Below are positions 9,502 through 18,518 of a stretch of 64,000 bases of DNA, piece after piece. A program made the position numbers and the translations under genes. Each line of letters begins with the position of its first letter. The stretch's first letter is position 1. Under the pieces are notes generated by a model. It was not told where the DNA came from. It saw only the letters and a list, made by a program, of their open reading frames with translations, and did not search any database. The stretch comes from Bacilli bacterium. GTDB taxonomy: Bacteria > Bacillota_I > Bacilli_A > RF39 > UBA660. Location: NCBI GenBank assembly GCA_017510225.1, contig JAFWNS010000006.1:2260-66259 (forward strand). The letters run 5' to 3'.

Positions 9502-10335
9502 ATGACAGAATGTATAATAGATGGAGTAATAGATACATTAAAACTTTTGCCATATTTATTTATTACTTTTATAGTTTTAGAATTTATAGAACATAAACTT
9601 AGTAAGAAAAATCAAAAAGTATTAGTTGAAAACGAAAAGTATGGTCCTGCAGTAGGTGGTGTTTTAGGAGCTCTACCTCAATGTGGGTTTAGTTCTATGG
9701 CTGCTAATTTATTTTCTAGTAGAGTTATAACTATGGGTACTTTAATTGCTGTGTTTTTATCTACAAGTGATGAGATGTTACCTATAATGATAAGTGAACA
9801 TGCTAATATAATTCTTTTATTACAAATAATTGGTTTTAAAATAGTAGTTGGTATAGTTATTGGTTTTATAATAGATTTATTCTATAGAAAAAAAGAGTTT
9901 ATAGAAATAACTCATATGTGTGAACATGATCATTGTGATTGTAAGCATAAAGGTATCATAAGATCTAGTATTAAACATACTATTAAAATAGGTTTATTCA
10001 TTTTAATAGCCAATTTATTAATTAATATAGTAATATTTTATATAGGAGAAAAGAACTTATCTAATTTATTATTACAAAAGAATATATTTACTTATTTTAT
10101 TGCAAGTATAATAGGTTTAATACCTAATTGTGCTAGTAGTGTTATTATTACGGAGTTATATTTATCTAACTTAATTAGTATTGGTACATTATTATCAGGA
10201 TTACTTACAGGTAGTGGTTTAGGTATATTACTATTATTTAAAACAAATAAAAAATTAAAAGAGAATTTAGTTATACTTTCTATTATATATTTTGTGGGAG
10301 TATTTATAGGTTTAATAGTTGATTTATTAATATAA
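9502..10335 (+). CDS. polytopic membrane permease (putative ArsP_2 / DUF318-like two-part permease)
   Basis: Multiple TM helices. GALPQCGFS motif and a Cys/His-rich central loop (HMCEHDHCDCKH). Start moved to ATG 9502, downstream of a GGAAGAGGAG RBS. Confidence 0.45.
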   Translation: MTECIIDGVIDTLKLLPYLFITFIVLEFIEHKLSKKNQKVLVENEKYGPAVGGVLGALPQCGFSSMAANLFSSRVITMGTLIAVFLSTSDEMLPIMISEHANIILLLQIIGFKIVVGIVIGFIIDLFYRKKEFIEITHMCEHDHCDCKHKGIIRSSIKHTIKIGLFILIANLLINIVIFYIGEKNLSNLLLQKNIFTYFIASIIGLIPNCASSVIITELYLSNLISIGTLLSGLLTGSGLGILLLFKTNKKLKENLVILSIIYFVGVFIGLIVDLLI

Positions 10336-10338
10336 TTA

Positions 10339-11397
10339 TTGGAGATGAATTATATGAAAAAATTTATTAAAAGATTAATAGTATTAATTATAATAATATG
10401 TTTATTATTTGGTGGTTATTTTGTATTTAAAAAATATGATTTAAAAGCAGGTTTAGAAGCTTTAAGATCTAAAGGTTTCTTAATAACAGATTATAGTAAT
10501 TTAAAAGGTTCTAAATTAACTGGAGATAATTATAATTTTAATAGTACTTATAATCCTTATTATGGTATGTTAAGTAGTAATGGTAAAAAGTTATATAAAC
10601 AAACATATGCAAATATGGTTAATAGAAAGAAGTATTTTATACCTAGAGTTAAAATGAATTATAAAGATGTTAATAATGTTATAGAAGCAGTAATGAATGA
10701 TAATCCAGAGTTGTTCTGGGTAGATAATACTTATTCATATAAATATACTTCTGATAAAGTATGTAGACAAGTTATTTTATCTTATAATGGATTATCTAAG
10801 AACTATAAACATAATAAGAATGTATTTGATTCTAGAGTTAATAGTATAGTTTATAATGCGAATAAATTATCTAGTAATTATGAGAAAGAGTTATATGTAC
10901 ATGATTACTTGAGAAGAAATATTGTATATAATAAAGCTTCTTCTTATAATCAAACAGCTTATAGTGCTATTGTTAGTGGTAGAACTGTATGTGCTGGATA
11001 TGCTAAAGCATTTCAATATATTATGAGTAGATTAGGAATACCAACTTATTATGTTACTGGTAGATCACAAGGTGAAGATCACGCTTGGAATATTATAAGA
11101 CTTGATGGTTATTATAATGTAGATGTTACTTGGGATGATACTTCAAGTAGTAGTTATGCATACTTTAATAAAACTGATAGGGAGTTTAATTCTTCTCATA
11201 CTAGGAATTCTTTATCTAGATATTTACCTAGTTGTAATGCAACTACTTATTCTTATAGTAATATGAATAAAACTAAGAAGAAATCTACTCCTAGTCCAAG
11301 TCCAAAACCAACACCAACAGTAAAACCCACACCAACTCCTAGTAGTGAACCAGATATAGAAGAAGAAACTGATACAAGTGAAAGTGAAGATGAATAA
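10339..11397 (+). CDS. transglutaminase-like cysteine protease domain protein, membrane anchored, with a Pro/Thr-rich linker
   Basis: CAGYAKAF...DHAWN...D is the Cys-His-Asp transglutaminase core. N-terminal TM helix. PSPSPKPTPTVKPTPTPS linker and an acidic end. Confidence 0.7.
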   Translation: MEMNYMKKFIKRLIVLIIIICLLFGGYFVFKKYDLKAGLEALRSKGFLITDYSNLKGSKLTGDNYNFNSTYNPYYGMLSSNGKKLYKQTYANMVNRKKYFIPRVKMNYKDVNNVIEAVMNDNPELFWVDNTYSYKYTSDKVCRQVILSYNGLSKNYKHNKNVFDSRVNSIVYNANKLSSNYEKELYVHDYLRRNIVYNKASSYNQTAYSAIVSGRTVCAGYAKAFQYIMSRLGIPTYYVTGRSQGEDHAWNIIRLDGYYNVDVTWDDTSSSSYAYFNKTDREFNSSHTRNSLSRYLPSCNATTYSYSNMNKTKKKSTPSPSPKPTPTVKPTPTPSSEPDIEEETDTSESEDE

Positions 11398-11509
11398 TCT
11401 TTACTTTTTATTTACGTAAATTCTATATGTAAATAAAATGTCTAATTTTGTCATATCTATTGATTAATTTACACTTCTTGTTTATTATTAAGATAGGGAG
11501 TGTGGTACA

Positions 11510-11713
11510 ATGATTTATCCATCTATAGATAAATTACTTAATATAGTTGATTCTAAATATGAATTAGTTCATATTGCAGCTAGAAGAAGTAAAGAGATTG
11601 CAAAAACAGGACACTTACAAATGCCTGAGACAGAGTATAAATGTGCTAAAAATATTGGAAGGGCACTTGAGGAAGTTACTGAGGGATTAATCAAGGTTGA
11701 AAAGAGAGGATAA
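11510..11713 (+). CDS. rpoZ: DNA-directed RNA polymerase subunit omega
   Basis: 67 aa. The LVHIAARRSKEI motif is characteristic of RpoZ. Confidence 0.8.
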   Translation: MIYPSIDKLLNIVDSKYELVHIAARRSKEIAKTGHLQMPETEYKCAKNIGRALEEVTEGLIKVEKRG

Positions 11714-11751
11714 ACTCTTTTTTTGTGCTATAATATAAATAGGTGATTATA

Positions 11752-12498
11752 TTGAAAATATTGAAGTATAAAAAACAAAGAAATGGAAAATATAAGATAT
11801 TTCTAGATAATAATACAGATTTATTATTGTATGAAGATACTATTCTTAAATATAAGTTATTACTTAAAGGAGAAATAGAATCTAATGATTTAAAGAAAAT
11901 AACAGATTTTAATTTTGAATGTGATGTTTATTATACTGCGTTAAAATATTTAAAGAATAGATTTAGATCTGTTAAAGAGCTAAGAGATAATCTAATAAAA
12001 AAAGAATATCCTATAGATTTAGTAGATATTTCTATTGATAGATTAAAAAAAGAAAAATATTTAGATGATAGATTATTTACTAAAAGTTATATTAATAATC
12101 AGATGATTACTACTAATAGAGGACCTAGAAAAATATCTAGTGAATTAGTAAAAAAAGGTGTTTCTAAAGATATAATAGATGAAGAGATGGATATATTTAC
12201 TGAAGAAGAACAAATTATTAAAATAGATAAGATTATTAATAAATTAATTAAATCTAATAGAAGTAGAGGGGGAATAGTTTTAAAGAATAAAATTACTACT
12301 GATTTAGTTAATCTAGGATATGATATATCTACTATTAATAAAGTAATATCTAATTATGATTTTAAAGTAGATAATTCTATATATCAGAAAGAGTATGATA
12401 AGTTATATAAAAGACTAAGTAAAAAGTATAGTGATAAAGAATTAGAATATAAAATAAAAGAAAAATTATATCAAAAAGGTTTATTATATAAAGATTAG
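11752..12498 (+). CDS. recX: recombination regulator RecX
   Basis: Threefold helical repeats with a YLDD..F motif. TTG start at 11752, 5 nt after AGGTGA. TGCTATAAT extended -10 upstream. Confidence 0.7.
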   Translation: MKILKYKKQRNGKYKIFLDNNTDLLLYEDTILKYKLLLKGEIESNDLKKITDFNFECDVYYTALKYLKNRFRSVKELRDNLIKKEYPIDLVDISIDRLKKEKYLDDRLFTKSYINNQMITTNRGPRKISSELVKKGVSKDIIDEEMDIFTEEEQIIKIDKIINKLIKSNRSRGGIVLKNKITTDLVNLGYDISTINKVISNYDFKVDNSIYQKEYDKLYKRLSKKYSDKELEYKIKEKLYQKGLLYKD

Positions 12499-12502
12499 TA
12501 CA

Positions 12503-12531
12503 TAAAAAAACAGTTATATAACTGTTTTTTA
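12503..12531. terminator. bidirectional terminator between the convergent recX and prsA genes
   Basis: Perfect 14-nt palindrome cagttatataactg flanked by A7 and T6. Confidence 0.55.
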
Positions 12532-13536
12532 GTTTGTATTAGGATTATTAGCTGATTCAATTAATTGATCCATTAGTTCGTTATATGCTTTTTCTAAGTC
12601 TTTATCGTTCCATTTAACATTATTTTCTTTTCTAATATCTATTAGAGCTTTATAATGAAGTGCTGGATCTGTTGTTAGTTTTTGTTGAGTTAAAGTTTCT
12701 TTTATTTTTTCTTTAACAGATTTTAAAGAAGCTTTTTTCTTTTCATCAACTTTTAATATTATATGATATCCATATTGTGTTTTAACAGGTTCTAAAGAAT
12801 ATTTTCCTTTTTTAAGATCTTTAACAGCTTTAGCAAAATTTTCTTCCATTTCATCAGGACTAAAGTATCCTAAATTACCACCATCATTTTTAGTAGCTTC
12901 ATCATCTGAATACTTCTTAGCTAATGATTTAAAACTTTTACCTTTATTTAAAAGATCTATAACTTTTTCTGCTTCTTTTAAAGCTTTTTCTTCAGCAGCT
13001 TTTTTAACTTTATCTCCTGCATTAGCATCAACATCTACTTTAATTAAAATATGACTAGCTTTTATATCTCCTGAAATTTTTTCATCATAATATTTCTTAA
13101 TCTCAGAATCACTTATATTATTATTAACATGATCTTTAATAGCTTTATTTCTTTTATATTCTAGTCTTAGCATTTTATCTAATTCTTTTTCTGAAGATAC
13201 TCCAAAGTATTGTTTAATAGCTTTTTTGTAACCTTCTTCATCATCAGAATAATTAGATTTTATTTGTTTTATTTGAGCTTCTACTTCTTTATCTTCTGCA
13301 CTATCTGTTTTGTATTTATCATCTAATATTTTATGATCAACCATATCTACTAATTTAGAAACATTTTCTTTCTTTATTTCGTTATAGTAATCATTAGTAC
13401 TTATATCTGTTTTCTTTACTGAAACAGCTGATTCACTACCATCCTTTAATTTAGCTTTCTTTCCACATCCTGTTACTACTAAAGATACTATTGTTATAGC
13501 AATAACACTCTTAATTAAATTTTTTCTCATTATCAT
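12529..13536 (-). CDS. prsA: foldase lipoprotein PrsA (parvulin-type PPIase)
   Basis: Lipoprotein signal peptide ending in the lipobox VTGC. Parvulin signature ASHILIK...GYHIILK. Confidence 0.85.
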   Translation of the reverse strand: MIMRKNLIKSVIAITIVSLVVTGCGKKAKLKDGSESAVSVKKTDISTNDYYNEIKKENVSKLVDMVDHKILDDKYKTDSAEDKEVEAQIKQIKSNYSDDEEGYKKAIKQYFGVSSEKELDKMLRLEYKRNKAIKDHVNNNISDSEIKKYYDEKISGDIKASHILIKVDVDANAGDKVKKAAEEKALKEAEKVIDLLNKGKSFKSLAKKYSDDEATKNDGGNLGYFSPDEMEENFAKAVKDLKKGKYSLEPVKTQYGYHIILKVDEKKKASLKSVKEKIKETLTQQKLTTDPALHYKALIDIRKENNVKWNDKDLEKAYNELMDQLIESANNPNTN

Positions 13537-13662
13537 CTTCCTCCACTAATAAATATGATAACAAAAAAATATAATTCACGCAATAAATATGACATATATA
13601 ATCACACAAATATAGTATTTACCATAAAATATCATGAAAGCAATAAAAAAGGAGGAATATAA

Positions 13663-13743
13663 ATGACTAATCGTATATCATCTTCATCTATTATTTTAGT
13701 TTTATTTATTCTTTTAGTTATAATTTTAGGTGCTTATATTTAA
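13663..13743 (+). CDS. YjcZ-family sporulation microprotein (26 aa), not in the ORF track
   Basis: AGGAGG RBS 6 nt upstream. MTNRISSSSIILVLFILLVIILGAYI matches the YjcZ pattern of a polar head followed by LIVVLFILLIIVG. Confidence 0.6.
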   Translation: MTNRISSSSIILVLFILLVIILGAYI

Positions 13744-13755
13744 GGAGGTGTTTTA

Positions 13756-13860
13756 ATGGCTTGTCCTGAAAATAATAGAAGAGGCGGAAGCGGATCATTA
13801 ATAGTAATTGTTTTATATATCTTATTAGCAATTCTATTAACTGGTGGCTTTAGTTACTAA
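13756..13860 (+). CDS. YjcZ-family sporulation microprotein (34 aa), second tandem copy, not in the ORF track
   Basis: AGGAGGTG RBS 7 nt upstream. MACPENNRRGGSGSLIVIVLYILLAILLTGGFSY. Confidence 0.6.
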   Translation: MACPENNRRGGSGSLIVIVLYILLAILLTGGFSY

Positions 13861-13883
13861 TAAAAAAAAGCACTATATGTGCT

Positions 13884-14282
13884 TTATTTTTCTGTTAATT
13901 TAGAAAATACTTCTTCTAAATCATTAACTTGATCTTTATTATAATTAAACTTAACTAAGTCATTATCATATCTTGGTACTAAATGGATATGAAAATGTTT
14001 TATTTCTTGTCCTAAGAAATTGTTTTCCGCAATAGTTAATCCTTTGCAATTTAGTTTTTCTTTTAATAATGGATATAATGTATCTCTTATTATTTTAAAA
14101 CTATGTGTAACTATTTCTTCAGGAATATCTAAAATATTTTCAAAATGTTTTTGAGGTAGTACTAATAAATGTCCATTAGTTGCTGGATCAATATTCATAA
14201 TTACTTTAATAAGTTCATCCTCATAAATAGTTTTTGATGGTAACTCTCCATTAATAATCTTACAAAATATACAATCTTTCAT
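13884..14282 (-). CDS. HIT-family (histidine triad) nucleotide hydrolase
   Basis: CIFCKII N-terminus. HLHxHVVPR-type HFHIHLVPR triad. Confidence 0.85.
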   Translation of the reverse strand: MKDCIFCKIINGELPSKTIYEDELIKVIMNIDPATNGHLLVLPQKHFENILDIPEEIVTHSFKIIRDTLYPLLKEKLNCKGLTIAENNFLGQEIKHFHIHLVPRYDNDLVKFNYNKDQVNDLEEVFSKLTEK

Positions 14283-14292
14283 ATAACTCTCC

Positions 14293-15048
14293 TTAATTTA
14301 AATATTTATAAGTAATATTATTATTCTTTAAAATATTACTATCTTTCTTATTTAGTATATCATTTATTATTGTCTTTAGATCATTCTTTTCTATCAAATC
14401 ATTACTTATATTATTTATTTCTAAAGATTCAGTAATATCGTTTTTATTAGTAAAAATAAAATTATATGATTTTGGTGTAATTTTATTATTATCACAATCA
14501 GTTTTTAATTTTTTAATTTCTTTATAGATATTATCAGTATCTAGTTTATCTATTTCTACATCTTTATAAATATCATATATTTTAAAACTAATTAGATTCT
14601 TTTCAGATATTATTTTTTTTCTTACTTTTTTAGAAAATTTATTTAATTTAGTATTAATTTTAATATCTATTTTATAATCTAGTTTATTATTTATTTCTTT
14701 TTTTAAATCACTGCTTATTTTAGTTAATAAAGTTTTTCCTTCTAAATAGTCTGTTTTATAAGTAGAAGTGATGTTTTTATCTTTATAGTTTATAAAAAAA
14801 TATAAGTTTTTATTTTTCTTTGAAATGACTTTTAATATATAAGTGTCTTTCTTATATATAGTTTTATCTGTTTTTACTTTATTTTTTAATTCTTTATAAT
14901 TATTATCTAAATATGTGTTTAATTTTTTATCTATTCTAGGTAATAGAATGGTTGATTTTTCTTCGTTTAGTATTGTTACTGCAAAAACAACCATTACTAA
15001 TAAAAATAGTAAACTCATATAGATAGTTAGTCTTTTTTCTTTTCTCAT
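14293..15048 (-). CDS. hypothetical N/K-rich membrane-anchored protein, co-oriented with the HIT gene
   Basis: N-terminal signal anchor. Low-complexity N/K/I-rich sequence. AGGTGATTAA RBS. Confidence 0.4.
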   Translation of the reverse strand: MRKEKRLTIYMSLLFLLVMVVFAVTILNEEKSTILLPRIDKKLNTYLDNNYKELKNKVKTDKTIYKKDTYILKVISKKNKNLYFFINYKDKNITSTYKTDYLEGKTLLTKISSDLKKEINNKLDYKIDIKINTKLNKFSKKVRKKIISEKNLISFKIYDIYKDVEIDKLDTDNIYKEIKKLKTDCDNNKITPKSYNFIFTNKNDITESLEINNISNDLIEKNDLKTIINDILNKKDSNILKNNNITYKYLN

Positions 15049-15189
15049 TTAATCACCTATTTGTATTTTAACTTAAAGGATAGGATATTGCAATGAAATA
15101 TAGTTAAAAAATTATTAATAAAATATAAAAATAATGTTGTTTTGAAGAAAAATATATGATATGATTATTAATAATAGGTGGTGTTACAA

Positions 15190-17109
15190 ATGTTACAAAT
15201 AATTGAAGGACAAGTTGAATACTTAGGACGTAATGATTATAGAGTTAAATATACTACTGTTGGTGATACTCAATATTTCATTACTGAAGAATTACCAAAT
15301 GGTAAATATATAGTTGCAAAACAATTAATAGATGCTATATTGAAAACTGCTATTTCTAATGGAGCATTTAAAGCAAAAGGGGAAGAACCAGAAAAAGAAA
15401 TTCCAATTCCTACTTCTTTTGGTGTGATTGATGAAAACGGAACAGAAATTATTCCTTGCCAATATAAATCAGTTAAAGGTGTTGGTAATGATTATTATGC
15501 TATTGAACCAGTAGAATTAGTAAGTGATTCAGTTAAAGAAAGAGCAAATTTAGCTAAAGAAGATCCGAATAATCAAATATTTGTAACAACAAATTCTTCT
15601 GTAACAGAAAAAATGTATGCTAAGATGGGTAGTGCTGTAACAGAATTTGTATTTAGAGATCAGTGTTCAGAAGCTACTATTTGTGATGCCCAAGGTAATA
15701 ATGTAATAAATGATGAATATGCTAGTTATATTGCTTATAATGAAAATGGTGTGTTCTTCTCAAATAATACTATAGGATCACCTATAAAAGAATTTGATTT
15801 TAATACAAAAACAGTTGTTAATCTAGATCAACAAACTGCTGAGCAAACTACTGAACAAGTAGTAGCTGCTCCACAAGTACCAGTTGTTGAACAAGGAGAA
15901 GTTGCACAAGCACCAACTGTGGAAGCTGAAAGTGCTGAAGTACCTCAAGAAGAAACATTACAACCACAAGTACCGGTTGAAGGGGTTGCACAAGAAGCTC
16001 CAGAAGCAGCACCTGAAGCAGTAACAGAAGAAGTTGCTTCAGAAGAAACATTACAACCACAAGTACCAGTAGAAGGAGTTGCGCAAGAAGCTCAAGAAGT
16101 AGCACCTGAAGCAGTAACAGAAGAAGTTACTACTGAAGAAACATTACAACCACAAGTACCGGTTGAAGGAGTTGCGCAAGAAGCCCAAGAAGTAACACCT
16201 GAAGCAGTAACAGAAGAAGTTGCTCCAGAAGTTGGAAGTTTAGAAACAACTCCAGAGGCAGAAACTACTGAGGAAGTAGTTGCTGAAGAAGTACAACCAG
16301 AAACTGCTGAAGAAACAGTAACAGAAGAAGTTGCTACTGAAGAAGCACCTCAAGAAGAAGTAACTGAAGAGGTAACAGAAGAAGTTAGTGAGGAAGAAAC
16401 TCCAGAAGCAGAAGAGGAAGTTGAAGAAACACTTACTAATGACGAAGAAGAAGTAACTGATGAAGTAGATAATACTGAAGATGAAATTGATGTATCTGAT
16501 GTAGAAGTAGATAAAGAAGAAATAGAAGATGCTATTAACGAAGAAGATACTTTAAATATAGAAGATAGTGAAAGTAAAGATGATACAGAAGACTTTAAAA
16601 TAGATTTGGATGATTATAGTACAGATACTAAATATAATTTTGATTTAGATAGTGATTTAGATAGTAATTATGATTATTCTGAAGAAAATTATTATGATAG
16701 TGAAGATACAAGAGAAAAATCTATTTTAGCACCTGCAGCTGTTGCTATGAATAACTTAATAAAAGAAGTTAAAACTCAAAAATATAATAATGAGAAATTA
16801 ACAAATATGAATGAAAGTTTAAAAGAAAAAAATAGTTTATTAGAGGATAGATATAAGAAGTTAGAGAGTCATCGTAGAGTTATAGAAAAAGAAAATGCTC
16901 AATTAAAAGAAAAACTTCATGATCAAGCAAGAATAATAGATAAGCAAGATAGAAAAATAATTGCTATTAATAAAGAAAGAGTCGATTCAATCGAAAGACA
17001 AAGGAAGAGTGAAGAGGATTTAGCTAAGTTAGTACAATTAGCTTATGGTGAGTTAAATTCTAATACTAAAGATTCATATAGTTATGGATCTAGAAAAATT
17101 GCAGCATAA
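15190..17109 (+). CDS. hypothetical protein with an N-terminal globular domain, an acidic repeat linker (three 31-aa repeats) and a C-terminal coiled coil
   Basis: Start moved to ATG 15190 (TAGGTGGTG RBS). Repeats EETLQPQVPVEGVAQEA[PQ]E[AV][AT]PEAVTEEV. C-terminal heptad-rich region. Confidence 0.5.
   Translation: MLQIIEGQVEYLGRNDYRVKYTTVGDTQYFITEELPNGKYIVAKQLIDAILKTAISNGAFKAKGEEPEKEIPIPTSFGVIDENGTEIIPCQYKSVKGVGNDYYAIEPVELVSDSVKERANLAKEDPNNQIFVTTNSSVTEKMYAKMGSAVTEFVFRDQCSEATICDAQGNNVINDEYASYIAYNENGVFFSNNTIGSPIKEFDFNTKTVVNLDQQTAEQTTEQVVAAPQVPVVEQGEVAQAPTVEAESAEVPQEETLQPQVPVEGVAQEAPEAAPEAVTEEVASEETLQPQVPVEGVAQEAQEVAPEAVTEEVTTEETLQPQVPVEGVAQEAQEVTPEAVTEEVAPEVGSLETTPEAETTEEVVAEEVQPETAEETVTEEVATEEAPQEEVTEEVTEEVSEEETPEAEEEVEETLTNDEEEVTDEVDNTEDEIDVSDVEVDKEEIEDAINEEDTLNIEDSESKDDTEDFKIDLDDYSTDTKYNFDLDSDLDSNYDYSEENYYDSEDTREKSILAPAAVAMNNLIKEVKTQKYNNEKLTNMNESLKEKNSLLEDRYKKLESHRRVIEKENAQLKEKLHDQARIIDKQDRKIIAINKERVDSIERQRKSEEDLAKLVQLAYGELNSNTKDSYSYGSRKIAA
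15949..16227 (+). repeat. three nearly identical tandem direct repeats of 93 nt within the CDS
   Basis: gaagaaacattacaaccacaagtacc... recurs at 15949, 16042 and 16135. Confidence 0.85.
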
Positions 17110-17112
17110 TAA

Positions 17113-17137
17113 GAAGTGGAGTAATCCACTTTTTTTA
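17113..17137 (+). terminator. rho-independent terminator
   Basis: agtgga / tccact hairpin followed by T6. Confidence 0.5.
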
Positions 17138-17195
17138 ATTGTTTTATAAGTATGATTGTGATAAAATATATGTGTTTATTGATGGAGATGATTAT

Positions 17196-17936
17196 ATGCT
17201 AGAAGTTAAGAATTTGAGTGCTAAAGTTAAAGATAGTGATATTAATATTTTAAATAAATTATCATTAAAGATAAAACCAGGAGAAGTACATGCTATTATG
17301 GGACCTAATGGTACTGGTAAAAGTACTTTATCTAAAGTAATTATGGGTCATTATAGTTATGAAGTTACTTCTGGAGATATTTTAATAGACAGTGAATCTA
17401 TAAAAGATTTAGATACTGACGAAAGAGCTAAAAAGGGATTATTTTTATGTATGCAAGATCCTACTGTAATAGAAGGTGTATCTAATAGTGAATTTATAAG
17501 AACAGCTCTTAATGAAAAAAGTGAGGAAAAAGTTAATCTATATACTTTTATGAAGGATATAGAAAAATCTATGGATGAAGTATCTTTGGACTCTAATATG
17601 TTACATAGATCACTTAATTCTGGATTTAGTGGTGGAGAAAAGAAAAAGAATGAAATTCTTCAATTAAAATGTTTAAAACCTAAATATATTATATTAGATG
17701 AAATAGATAGTGGACTAGATGTAGATAGTTTAAAAATAGTTTCTAAAAACATTAATAACTATTTAAAAGAAAATAAAGAAACAAGTGTCTTAATAATTAC
17801 TCATTATCCTAGAATATTAGAATATATTAAACCGGATTATGTACATATATTATCTAATGGTAGTATTAAAACTACTGGGGATATGTCTTTAGCTAAGAAA
17901 GTCGAAAAAGACGGTTATGGTGATTATAATGAGTAA
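17196..17936 (+). CDS. sufC: Fe-S cluster assembly ATPase SufC
   Basis: Walker A GPNGTGKST. ABC signature LNSGFSGGEKK. Walker B ILDEIDSGLD. Start at ATG 17196 (GGAGATG RBS). Confidence 0.9.
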   Translation: MLEVKNLSAKVKDSDINILNKLSLKIKPGEVHAIMGPNGTGKSTLSKVIMGHYSYEVTSGDILIDSESIKDLDTDERAKKGLFLCMQDPTVIEGVSNSEFIRTALNEKSEEKVNLYTFMKDIEKSMDEVSLDSNMLHRSLNSGFSGGEKKKNEILQLKCLKPKYIILDEIDSGLDVDSLKIVSKNINNYLKENKETSVLIITHYPRILEYIKPDYVHILSNGSIKTTGDMSLAKKVEKDGYGDYNE

Positions 17937-18507
17937 AGAGATATATGTATTAGACAATAACGAAAGTAAAGATTATAAATATAATATAGAAGAAGATACT
18001 ATTATTTATCATTTTTCTATTAATGGTAGTAGTAATGTAGAGATTAATTTAAATAAAGAAAATATTAATCTTTATTATTACTATAATAATATTAATTATG
18101 ATGATAATAAACTAAATATAAAAGTTAATCATAATAAAGATAATACTCATAGTGAAGTATATAATCATGGAGTTAATGTTAAAGATAATTATTTAACTTA
18201 TAATGTTGAAGGTAGTGTATTAAAGAATAGTAATAAGTGTATTTGTAATCAAGATAATCAAATTATAAATATAAGAAATGGTAAAAGTACTATTAAACCT
18301 AATTTATTAATAGATAATTATGATGTAGATAGTAATCATGCTGCCTATATTGGTAAATTTAAAGATGAATATTTATTCTATTTAATGAGTAGGGGAATAA
18401 GTAAGAAGAATGCTTATTTATTATTACTTAAAGGTTTCTTAATTAATAGTGATAGTATAGATTTAGGTAAAATAGATAAGTTTTTATTAGAAATAGAAAG
18501 AATCTAG
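17929..18507 (+). CDS. sufD: minimal SufD-like protein (about 190 aa, roughly half the usual length)
   Basis: C-terminal LFYLMSRGISKKNAYLLLLKGFL matches the SufB/SufD C-terminal signature. Position between sufC and sufS. Start overlaps the sufC stop (ATGAGTAA). Confidence 0.6.
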   Translation: MSKEIYVLDNNESKDYKYNIEEDTIIYHFSINGSSNVEINLNKENINLYYYYNNINYDDNKLNIKVNHNKDNTHSEVYNHGVNVKDNYLTYNVEGSVLKNSNKCICNQDNQIINIRNGKSTIKPNLLIDNYDVDSNHAAYIGKFKDEYLFYLMSRGISKKNAYLLLLKGFLINSDSIDLGKIDKFLLEIERI

Positions 18508-18518
18508 GAGGTGATTTT

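Noticed and set aside
13537-13662. Specific sigma-K or sigma-G promoter assignment upstream of the YjcZ-like genes
   Set aside because: Several CATA-type -10-like strings are present, but the region is so AT-rich that consensus matching is unreliable without comparative or expression data.
15848-16105. 85-aa minus-strand ORF (L/Q/V-rich) inside the repeat region
   Set aside because: An artefact of the tandem-repeat, stop-poor region read antisense.
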